The notes under the pieces: generated by a model
Told to the model about the DNA's origin: nothing
Databases searched by the model: none
The model's input: only the letters and a program-made list of their open reading frames with translations
Position numbers and translations under genes: made by a program
Shown here: piece after piece, positions 6,779-14,129 of the stretch
How positions within the stretch are numbered: the stretch's first letter is position 1
How the letters are laid out: each line of letters begins with the position of its first letter
NCBI GenBank assembly: GCA_043818055.1
Contig: JBDRGF010000055.1
Span: forward strand, 1 to 19,964
Reading direction: 5' to 3'
Source of the DNA: Pseudomonadota bacterium
Lineage (GTDB): Bacteria > UBA10199 > 2-02-FULL-44-16 > JBDRGF01
Length of the DNA: 19,964 nt

Positions 6779-8221
6779 TCACCCATCCTTAAATATTTCA
6801 TCCAGCGTTATCACCTTTGAAAAATAGTTCATATCCTCCAAGTCCTTGGTTATGCCGTTGGTGGTTATTAACACCTTTTCAAGCGACTTATCTGTCTTGC
6901 CGATCAAGGCAACCTTTTTCTCAACATCCTTTATAATCCATTTTCCAATCGGGCCGTCGTAATATTTTATTTCGCATATAGTAATAACAGGATCATACCT
7001 TTCGAACATAAGGTCGATCTGTACTCCATCCTTTGTATTTGATCCACGATCAAAATATGCCCCATAGTTTTTAATAAGTTGATCAATCTTCAACACCTTC
7101 GAAATCAAGGGTATGTGCTTTAAACATAACCTCTCAAAAGCAAATCCAGACCAGGATTTATATCGTCTCCCTTTCAACACTTCCAATCCAAAATTTTGAT
7201 CGGTATTATCTTTGATCCTTTTTAGGTTTGGATAAACGAATTTAAAGTAGAATAACAAATACTCATCGAACAGACGGTATCTTTTCAGCCTTGAATCTTC
7301 AGCCTTATTCAATGGAATTATACTTTTAACAAAACCTGCAGTCTCAAGATTTTCCATATAATCAACAAAGCCACCACCACCGGATACGTTCAATTCATCT
7401 GTCAACTCAGGAATTTTCAGACTTTTATATTTACTGAGAAGCAAGACGATCTGCTTATAAATTTTTTCTTCTCTGAAAATATCTTTAAAAATTCGGTCGA
7501 ACTCATGCACAAAATAGCCATCCTTAGTAAACCCAAGCTTTGCGATATTTTGATAAACGGCATCATCTGGATTAATCTGAAGAAGATATTCGGGGACTCC
7601 ACCACAAAACATATATAGATCACAGATTTCGCGTATGGCTTTTTTTCCACCAAAAAATTCGCTCACCTCAGGAATAGAGAGCGGTTGCAAACATATTTCC
7701 AGCTTTACCCTTCCATATAAACTCGATGACTTAACGACATTGTTGATCATGAATGATGCTACTGATCCACATAGCACTAATGTAAATCCATGTTTGTCCT
7801 GCCACAGGTTGTCCCATGCCCATTTTACCGCAGCGACGAGTTCGGTTTGACGTGAGGCCATGTATTGAAACTCATCAAAAAAAATTGTCTTATTATATTT
7901 TTCAGGGCTTTGTGATATAGCCTGATCGATAATCTTGAGAAGTTCTATCCAATCGTTGCAACGGATGGTGGCGTAGATATTATTTCCGCTAAATGATGAC
8001 AGCTGTTCTAGTATGCGTTTTATCTGCGTGGGTTTGTTTTCATTCTCTATCCCATCGAACTTCCAAATATTTTTATCCTTGTAGAATTCCGTAATGAGTC
8101 TTGTCTTACCGACCCGGCGTCTTCCATATACAACAACCAAACTTGAATTGGGTTTTTCATACTCCTCCCTCATCAACCGTAATTCATATTCCCGGCCGAT
8201 GAACTGCTTGTGACCATCCAT
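6779..8221 (-). CDS. P-loop ATPase (archaeal-ATPase/ATPase_2-like) with probable wHTH and C-terminal PD-(D/E)xK/DUF234-like domain
   Basis: FIGREYEL N-terminus, Walker A GRRRVGKT, Walker B IFFDEFQY, LVLCGS, and C-terminal QIDL...ICEIKY. Start moved to ATG 8221 (MDGHK), 9 nt after AGGAGG. Confidence 0.85.
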   Translation of the reverse strand: MDGHKQFIGREYELRLMREEYEKPNSSLVVVYGRRRVGKTRLITEFYKDKNIWKFDGIENENKPTQIKRILEQLSSFSGNNIYATIRCNDWIELLKIIDQAISQSPEKYNKTIFFDEFQYMASRQTELVAAVKWAWDNLWQDKHGFTLVLCGSVASFMINNVVKSSSLYGRVKLEICLQPLSIPEVSEFFGGKKAIREICDLYMFCGGVPEYLLQINPDDAVYQNIAKLGFTKDGYFVHEFDRIFKDIFREEKIYKQIVLLLSKYKSLKIPELTDELNVSGGGGFVDYMENLETAGFVKSIIPLNKAEDSRLKRYRLFDEYLLFYFKFVYPNLKRIKDNTDQNFGLEVLKGRRYKSWSGFAFERLCLKHIPLISKVLKIDQLIKNYGAYFDRGSNTKDGVQIDLMFERYDPVITICEIKYYDGPIGKWIIKDVEKKVALIGKTDKSLEKVLITTNGITKDLEDMNYFSKVITLDEIFKDG

Positions 8222-8328
8222 AAAATTCATCCTCCTATAACGCATTTTTTAACCTATTATAGGAGGATAAATCAACAAAATTCATCCTCCTATAACGCAT
8301 TTTTAAACCCATTATAGGAGGATGAATT
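8222..8328. promoter_or_regulatory. Two tandem 47-bp repeats, each an inverted repeat containing the ATPase SD sequence
   Basis: Repeats at 8222-8268 and 8277-8323 with arms ATCCTCCTATAA / TTATAGGAGGAT. The second has perfect 17-bp arms (8279-8295 and 8312-8328). Confidence 0.8.
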
Positions 8329-8331
8329 GAA

Positions 8332-8385
8332 TTGCAGATTTGCAACAATCATTGCAAAATTGAAAGATATGTTACAATTTTGTAA
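8332..8385. promoter_or_regulatory. Second triple array of TTGCAAATTTGCAA-like sites at 20-bp period
   Basis: TTGCAGATTTGCAA (8332), TTGCAAAATTGAAA (8352), TTACAATTTTGTAA (8372). Confidence 0.65.
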
Positions 8386-8435
8386 GATGTTTTGTATAAA
8401 GACCTAACGTGTTGAAATAATTAGATTATATTCGT

Positions 8436-8665
8436 TTCTTATTCATACATGAATAGAAAATTGGGAAAATGGTTGTAAATCAATAGGTTGAGCCAATTGA
8501 GTGGTTTCTTCTATCATTATATATAGGTGATGACTGGGGTAGTAATCGAGCAGTATAAAATAAAAGGGCGGGTTAAAAACCCGCCCCTACAAAACCAACA
8601 CCAAAAACAAAAGGGTGGGCACTTTCGGCCCGCCCCTACAAAAACATTAACAACGGACTCTTCCC
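8436..8665. repeat. ~200-bp direct repeat element, copy 3, overlapping the gadB 3' end
   Basis: Same core with a single 16-bp palindrome (8440-8455), an IHF-like site (8478-8490) and two tandem GTAG REPs (8565-8590, 8612-8639). It ends inside the last codons of gadB. Confidence 0.95.
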
Positions 8666-10050
8666 TTGCTCTTCACCTGTTTCGCCTTATATCCCGGCTG
8701 GGATTCGAAGTGTTTAAGGATTCTGTCCAAATCTTCGAGCAACAGATCCGCCATGTCTCTGCTCAACCCCTCCTTCACTACTATGCGCAAGACTGCTGTT
8801 TCAGTTGAATTCTCTGGCAGCGTATAAGCCGGCACGAGCCATCCGCGATGACGCAGCATCTCGGAGATATCAAAAACTGAAAAATTGTTGTTCTTGGGAT
8901 CTTTTAGTTTGAAGGCAAAGACTGGAATATCGTTTCCGTTTGTGATGCACTCGAATGGTCCGAGTTTTTCGATCTTGCCGGATAGATAGAGCGCTATATC
9001 CTGACATGCCTGCTGAATGCGCTGATATCCATCGAAGCCCAATCGCAGAAAGTTGTAATACTGCGCGACGATCTGATTGCCGGGACGGGAGAAGTTGATC
9101 GCGAAGGTCGGCATGTCGCCGCCTAAGTAATTTACCTTGAAGATCAGATCTTCGGGAAGCTCATCCCAGTCGCGCCAGATCACCCAGCCAACACCCGGAT
9201 AGACCAGGCCAAATTTATGACCCGACACATTTATCGATTTCACCCACTTGAGGCGGAAATCCCATTCCAATTTTGGCTGCAAGAAGGGGAGTATGAAACC
9301 GCCGCTCGCACCATCGATATGAATCGGAATGTCATGTCCTGTTTTTTTATTATGTTTATCCAGCGCATCGTTGATCTCTTTCACCGGCTGATACTCGCCG
9401 GTAAAGGTCGTTCCCATCGTGATGCCGATGCCGATCGTGTTTTCGTCGCAACGCTTGATCACCTCATCTGCGTTCACACCGGAGCGGCCGTTTTGCATCG
9501 GAATGAAGCGTGGCTCAATCTCCCAGTAGCGGCAGAATTTTTCCCAACAGACCTGCACATCGATACCCAAAACGATATTCGGTTTGTCCGTCGGCTTGTT
9601 CTGGGCTTTCATGCGAGCCTTCCATTTCCACTTCATCGCCATGCTACCCAGCATCACCGCCTCACTTGAACCGATAGTCGAACATCCGCACGATTTGGCC
9701 TCTGCCGGCGCGTGATAGAGATTTGCTAAGATGTTCACACAGCGCATCTCGAGCTCCGCTGTTTGCGGATATTCATCCTTGTCGATCATGTTTTTATCGA
9801 AGGTCTCAGTCATGAGCGTCTGTGCCTCCGGCTCCATCCACGTTGTGACAAATGTGGCGAGGTTGAGTCGAGCGTTGCCATCGAGCATCAATTCGTCGTG
9901 AACGATCTGATAGGCGCTGCGGGGACGCATCTCATTTTTTGGAAGTTTGTACTTCGGAACCGGCTGTTCAAGTTCTAATGATCCGAATGTTGGTGTGATC
10001 AGTTGTTTGCTCTCCTCCATCTCTTTCAAATTGTGTTTGTGCTGTAACAT
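8647..10050 (-). CDS. gadB: Glutamate decarboxylase (PLP-dependent)
   Basis: NARLNLATFVTTWME, KNMIDKDEYPQT, TIGSSEA, IHIDGASGGF and SINVSGHKFGLVYPGVGW (PLP lysine). Start moved to ATG 10050 after AGGGAGG. Confidence 0.96.
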   Translation of the reverse strand: MLQHKHNLKEMEESKQLITPTFGSLELEQPVPKYKLPKNEMRPRSAYQIVHDELMLDGNARLNLATFVTTWMEPEAQTLMTETFDKNMIDKDEYPQTAELEMRCVNILANLYHAPAEAKSCGCSTIGSSEAVMLGSMAMKWKWKARMKAQNKPTDKPNIVLGIDVQVCWEKFCRYWEIEPRFIPMQNGRSGVNADEVIKRCDENTIGIGITMGTTFTGEYQPVKEINDALDKHNKKTGHDIPIHIDGASGGFILPFLQPKLEWDFRLKWVKSINVSGHKFGLVYPGVGWVIWRDWDELPEDLIFKVNYLGGDMPTFAINFSRPGNQIVAQYYNFLRLGFDGYQRIQQACQDIALYLSGKIEKLGPFECITNGNDIPVFAFKLKDPKNNNFSVFDISEMLRHRGWLVPAYTLPENSTETAVLRIVVKEGLSRDMADLLLEDLDRILKHFESQPGYKAKQVKSKGRVRC

Positions 10051-10084
10051 GTTTGCCTCCCTTGTTTTTTTTAAAACCAAACCC

Positions 10085-10122
10085 GAGATTGCCACGTCGC
10101 TCTACGAGCTCCTCGCAATGAC
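10085..10122 (-). repeat. GTCATTGCGAG...GCAATCTC-type palindromic repeat between gadC and gadB
   Basis: GAGATTGCCACGTCGC...CTCCTCGCAATGAC, the reverse complement of the element at 2130-2194. Confidence 0.7.
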
Positions 10123-10139
10123 AGGCGTTGATTAGTGTT

Positions 10140-11540
10140 TTATTTTTTCCATTCCGGTTTTTTGAAGTGGTTTATTATCAACGGCATGCCACCTAAAACT
10201 GTGACGCCCAGGATCAAAAAGGTTATGTAAAATGTCGGACTGCCTACGGTTAGCTGCGATGGTGGAAAGAAGCCGACTGTGATAGCAAATAGAGCACCTA
10301 AGATGCCGATGCCTGCAACAAACCACATACCAAAATTGCCAAACGGGATTTTGTACGCACGAGTAACTTTGGGTTGTGTGTAGCGGAGTCGAATTGCCGC
10401 AACGAAAAGTATAATGTACATAGTCAGGTAAAGAATTACTGCGAGAGCCGTGAGCAGGAAGAATGCGCTGCTGACATTTGGCATCAGAAGATAGACGAGC
10501 GAAACCGCCGTCACTATCAATCCCTGAATTAAAAGTATGTGCGTCGGCACGCCGCTCTTGTTTGTGTGTGCGAGAAATGGCGGCAGGTCGCCATCCTTGG
10601 CTGTCGCAAGAAGACCTTTGCTGGGGCCGACTATCCACGGAGTGACCGCGCCGATCGCGCCAAAAGCGAGAAAGAATCCGATGACGGGAAGCAGCCAATC
10701 GAGTTTGAAGATGTTCAAGAGATCCATAAAACCCTGCATGATCCCGGCCGTCAGACTTATTTTTTTAACTGGCAATACTGCTGCGATCGATAGTGTGCTG
10801 AGCGTAAATATAATAACTATTATAAAGGCGGCCAGGAATATTGCCTTCGGGTAATCTTTTTTCGGATTTTTTACATCGAGCGCGTGAACGGCGGAGACCT
10901 CCATGCCTGCAAAAAGAAGGACCACGCCAGCGAGGAATGAGATGTTGCTGAAGTTGCTGAAGTCGGGGAGGATGCTGTGTGATGTAAGCGTGAATTCTAA
11001 GGTATTTCCCTTCACCCACCAGGCGATTCCAAGTGCGATGATGAGTATGCCCGGGAGAATCGTGCCGCCGATAACCCCTGCAGTGGTCAGCCAACCTGAT
11101 GTCTTCATACCGCGAAAGTTCATGAAAGTTGCGCCCCAGTAGATGACGAGTATCACAGCAACGTTGAAAATTTTATTGTTTGCTAGGGATGGATCCATGA
11201 AGAGGTACGACAAAGCACCCGCGGCGAAGGCCAGAATCGTCGGGTACCAGATGACATTCTGAATCCATTGCAGCCAGATCGCCAGAAATCCCCAGCGGCC
11301 CCCAAATGCTACTTTGATCCACCGATAGACGCCACCCTCCTTGGGCCAGCCGGTTGCGAGCTCAGCCGAGACGAGCGATGTTGGAATCAAAAAGATAAAG
11401 GTCGCAAAGAGGACGAAGAAGATCATAGACAACCCCTCTTTGGCCATCATCGGTAGTCCCCTAAGATTCATGATGATCGCCACATTCATCATGCCTAGAA
11501 CGAAAACACTCAAATAGTGTTTTTTTGATGTACCTTTCAT
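10140..11540 (-). CDS. gadC: APC-family amino acid antiporter, GadC-like (glutamate:GABA)
   Basis: About 12 hydrophobic segments with motifs AELATGWP.EGGVY.W, FAGME.SA.H, WIVGPSKGLL. Adjacent to gadB. Start moved to ATG 11540 after AAGGAG. Confidence 0.8.
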   Translation of the reverse strand: MKGTSKKHYLSVFVLGMMNVAIIMNLRGLPMMAKEGLSMIFFVLFATFIFLIPTSLVSAELATGWPKEGGVYRWIKVAFGGRWGFLAIWLQWIQNVIWYPTILAFAAGALSYLFMDPSLANNKIFNVAVILVIYWGATFMNFRGMKTSGWLTTAGVIGGTILPGILIIALGIAWWVKGNTLEFTLTSHSILPDFSNFSNISFLAGVVLLFAGMEVSAVHALDVKNPKKDYPKAIFLAAFIIVIIFTLSTLSIAAVLPVKKISLTAGIMQGFMDLLNIFKLDWLLPVIGFFLAFGAIGAVTPWIVGPSKGLLATAKDGDLPPFLAHTNKSGVPTHILLIQGLIVTAVSLVYLLMPNVSSAFFLLTALAVILYLTMYIILFVAAIRLRYTQPKVTRAYKIPFGNFGMWFVAGIGILGALFAITVGFFPPSQLTVGSPTFYITFLILGVTVLGGMPLIINHFKKPEWKK

Positions 11541-11558
11541 ATTTCTCCTTTCATTATA

Positions 11559-11694
11559 ATGGATCCCCGCCTTCGAGACTGTTGCCGAACTAAATTGTAG
11601 GGGCAACCCCCCGTGGTTGCCCTCTTATAAGGGCAGGCACTTTCGGCCTGCCCCTACAAAATCAAAATAGATCCTTCGTTACACTCAGGATGAC
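11559..11694. repeat. Cluster of REP-like elements including an inverted GTAG pair (REPIN/BIME-like)
   Basis: GTAGGGGCAACC...GGTTGCCC (11597-11622) faces GGGCAGGC...GCCTGCCCCTAC (11631-11657). Also AGATCCTTCG...CTCAGGATGAC (11669-11694) and a TGGATCCCCGCC remnant at 11559. Confidence 0.7.
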
Positions 11695-11713
11695 AACCGA
11701 GCCGTATTTTCAC

Positions 11714-13222
11714 TTAATTCTTAGCGCTGCGTTTTAGTGCTATTTTCAAAAAGTTAACCAAATACGGCGTGCCCTGATTGTACGGGACCTTTATCTCTCC
11801 GTGAAACTGCTCGCCGTAGATCATTCGTGTCTTACTCTTCATCGCCTGAATGTAGCTAGACTTTGCGATGACTTCAAAGTCCTCTTGCGGATGCGCGACC
11901 GCCCAGCCGTGGACCTCGACTGCGACGAACGGATCTGGCACTCCATCAAAGATTGGATCCTTTTTTTCTATATCTATTTCAGTTCGTGCTCTCGCCTTAT
12001 CCATGGCGGTGATATCCTTCCACCCCATCGAGCGCGCATATGTGTAACCATATGCCATCGCAAGCTGTTGATGACCGCAGCAAATTCCAAGAATAGGAAT
12101 GTCGGATTCGCGAATGATCTCATACTCGCCGTTGTATTCGAACATCGGCAGGTTTTGGTAGTCGGCGTTGTTTCCGCTTAAAATTATCGCAACCGGTTTT
12201 CTTTTTAGATTTTTCACCATATCGAGCGAGACCTCATAATGAGGCACGGTGAGCGTCTTGAGTCCGATGTCGAGACCCTCGACAAACTTCGCAAGCTCTG
12301 TGAAGGTAAATCCGTTCTGCTGATCGCCAACGATGAGAATATAGTCTTCATCCGGTGTATCTGGGACAGGGGGCTTTCCCGGCGAATAGAGCGTGATCGC
12401 GTTTATCTGTGCGGCGTAACCATGCCAATCATTTATGAGCAATCTCACGTAACGCGCTGAGACCGATTTAAAATCGATGATGTTGCGTAATGTGTCATTA
12501 TTGTCAATCTTTGTGCCGGGAATGTCTCTCCAGCTCTCTCCATCGTGGCTCGTCTGCCAGACGAAACTCTTGAGCCAGCCATCACTGCTGTCCGGATTTG
12601 AGAGCATCCAGACGCGCGAGAGCTCTGTAGCGCGGCCCAGATCAAACACAACCCATTGCTGATCGGATCCCGGCGGTGTCGATTGCCAGAAGGTCGACTG
12701 TCCCGGGTCGTCGAGATCGTAGATATTCTTCTTGTTATAGCCGCTCGAGACCTCGATATCCTGCACGGGAACCCTGACAAGATTCATAAAACTATCATCT
12801 GCCTTTTCGTCAAAATAAAAGCGCGATTTAGCCCACGGCCCCCCGTTACTCTTTGAATCGACGGCACGCACGCGCCAGTAATAGCGCTGCTTACCACTCA
12901 AGGTATCCTTTTCTTTTTCATGGAGCCTGCTTGTGATATCTAACTTTCCTGTAATGTATTGGTTCTCCTCAGGCACGTTTTTGTATTCGATGATGTTCTT
13001 GCTGTCGAAATTTTCAGATGTGTCGATTTGAATCGTGTAAGTTCTTTTTCCCACACCACCCGTTGCGTTGAAGAATGAAAAGAGGGGATAGGGGTTGGTC
13101 ACTATGACATCGAGGCTCGGGTTGTTGGTGAGTTTTGGTGCAGTGAGTGGAGTTGAGGGTTTTGAACAGGCGTTAAATATAAACAGAACAGACATCAGAA
13201 TAAAGATGGAAATGCGCCTCAT
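11714..13222 (-). CDS. Lipoprotein with an N-terminal beta-rich region, F5/8 type C (discoidin)-like domain and class I glutamine amidotransferase domain
   Basis: Lipobox-like LFIFNAC. Discoidin-like motifs TFWQS, QWVVFDLG, SHDGESW, SARYVRLLI. GATase motifs IILSG, ILGICCGHQ (nucleophile elbow) and QFHGE (His-x-Glu). Confidence 0.85.
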   Translation of the reverse strand: MRRISIFILMSVLFIFNACSKPSTPLTAPKLTNNPSLDVIVTNPYPLFSFFNATGGVGKRTYTIQIDTSENFDSKNIIEYKNVPEENQYITGKLDITSRLHEKEKDTLSGKQRYYWRVRAVDSKSNGGPWAKSRFYFDEKADDSFMNLVRVPVQDIEVSSGYNKKNIYDLDDPGQSTFWQSTPPGSDQQWVVFDLGRATELSRVWMLSNPDSSDGWLKSFVWQTSHDGESWRDIPGTKIDNNDTLRNIIDFKSVSARYVRLLINDWHGYAAQINAITLYSPGKPPVPDTPDEDYILIVGDQQNGFTFTELAKFVEGLDIGLKTLTVPHYEVSLDMVKNLKRKPVAIILSGNNADYQNLPMFEYNGEYEIIRESDIPILGICCGHQQLAMAYGYTYARSMGWKDITAMDKARARTEIDIEKKDPIFDGVPDPFVAVEVHGWAVAHPQEDFEVIAKSSYIQAMKSKTRMIYGEQFHGEIKVPYNQGTPYLVNFLKIALKRSAKN

Positions 13223-13313
13223 TTTCCCCCCAGGCTAATAATATTTATACTAATCTCCCTTATGGGGTTATACCAGACCTGACAGAATAAACAACATTTG
13301 TCTCGTACCCCAT

Positions 13314-13341
13314 TGGATCCTCGATCGAAGTCGGGGATGAT
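13314..13341. repeat. GGATCC...GGATGA-type small palindromic repeat
   Basis: ATCCTCGA-tcgaag-TCGGGGAT hairpin, with ends resembling those at 11669-11694. Confidence 0.45.
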
Positions 13342-13357
13342 AAAACGCACAGCCCAC

Positions 13358-13394
13358 AAACAAAAACCCCGAACTTGTTCTACAAGTTCGGGGT
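13358..13394 (-). terminator. Rho-independent terminator
   Basis: 13-bp perfect stem ACCCCGAACTTGT / ACAAGTTCGGGGT (13366-13394) followed by a T-rich tract on the minus strand, just after the stop at 13422. Confidence 0.85.
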
Positions 13395-13421
13395 GAGTTG
13401 AAAAATGTTTATTGCTACAAC

Positions 13422-14024
13422 TTACTTTTTAGCTGTCTGGATATCTTTCAAAATAATATCGCGGAATTCACTTTGGACATCGCCGGCTGTGTATGGGCTC
13501 GTGCTGATGATCGTGTGTTTGCCCTTTTGGATCATATTTGATTGATCTTCAGTGAGATTCAGTTCACTAAGAAGCTTCTTGTTTGTCTTATCCTTGATCG
13601 TGTATTCGATGATGTAATCGTTATTCTGCTGATAGTACTCGTAGTCGATCTGCATTGATTTTATGCTGCCCTTTTTGATATGAATCTTTGTTACGCCCGC
13701 TACACCTTCTGCGGTTTCGACTTTCGTGCTCTTAATAGAGCCCGCTTTGCCTTTTGCCTTTTCTTTAGTCACAGTGGCATCATCTGTTTCAGTGACTTTT
13801 ACTTTTGCCTTAGCGCCTGTTTCTGTATCTTTTACCTTTGCTTTGGTGACAGAACCGCTCTCTGTCGTTACACTCTTTTCCTTGCCTTTTACTGAACCCT
13901 CTTCCCATTTTACTTTTTCAACTGTCTTGCCATCCTTTTCAATGACCTTCACCTGCTCGCCTGCAAAGAGATTCATGCTGAAACCAATTGCTAAAATACA
14001 TGCTACCACCAAAAACTTTTTCAT
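13422..14024 (-). CDS. Secreted hypothetical protein with Lys/Thr/Val-rich repetitive region
   Basis: Signal peptide MKKFLVVACILAIGFSMNLFA. Start moved to ATG 14024 after GGGGAGG. Confidence 0.8.
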   Translation of the reverse strand: MKKFLVVACILAIGFSMNLFAGEQVKVIEKDGKTVEKVKWEEGSVKGKEKSVTTESGSVTKAKVKDTETGAKAKVKVTETDDATVTKEKAKGKAGSIKSTKVETAEGVAGVTKIHIKKGSIKSMQIDYEYYQQNNDYIIEYTIKDKTNKKLLSELNLTEDQSNMIQKGKHTIISTSPYTAGDVQSEFRDIILKDIQTAKK

Positions 14025-14129
14025 TCCTCCCCCTTTCAAAAAATTGTTATTATTGAACCAGATCGCGACAATATCATAAAATGGAGATGAAGGGAAATGT
14101 AAAAGTGAGAGAAGGGCTATCCATCTCCA

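Noticed and set aside
529..7850. Short overlapping ORFs in the left region (529, 552, 1498, 2316, 2406, 2620, 6080, 7417, 7635)
   Set aside because: They overlap longer motif-bearing genes and have no independent support.
8222..8328. Mini-CRISPR of two palindromic repeats
   Set aside because: There are only two 47-bp units with an 8-bp gap, and they overlap the ATPase RBS.
1820..8665. CRISPR array or classical integron attC sites
   Set aside because: The repeats are ~200 bp and separated by kilobases of genes, with no cas or intI gene in the window. I found no RYYYAAC...GTTRRRY-bounded hairpin, and the repeats associate with gene 5' ends.
8527..8808. Small plus-strand ORF starting inside the repeat (similar start in copy 2)
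   Set aside because: It runs through REP hairpins and antisense into gadB, and the equivalent frame in copy 1 stops after 7 codons.
10051..11606. Track-assigned longer N-termini of gadB (10095) and gadC (11606)
   Set aside because: The extensions start in REP elements. Downstream ATGs at 10050 and 11540 have clear SD sequences.
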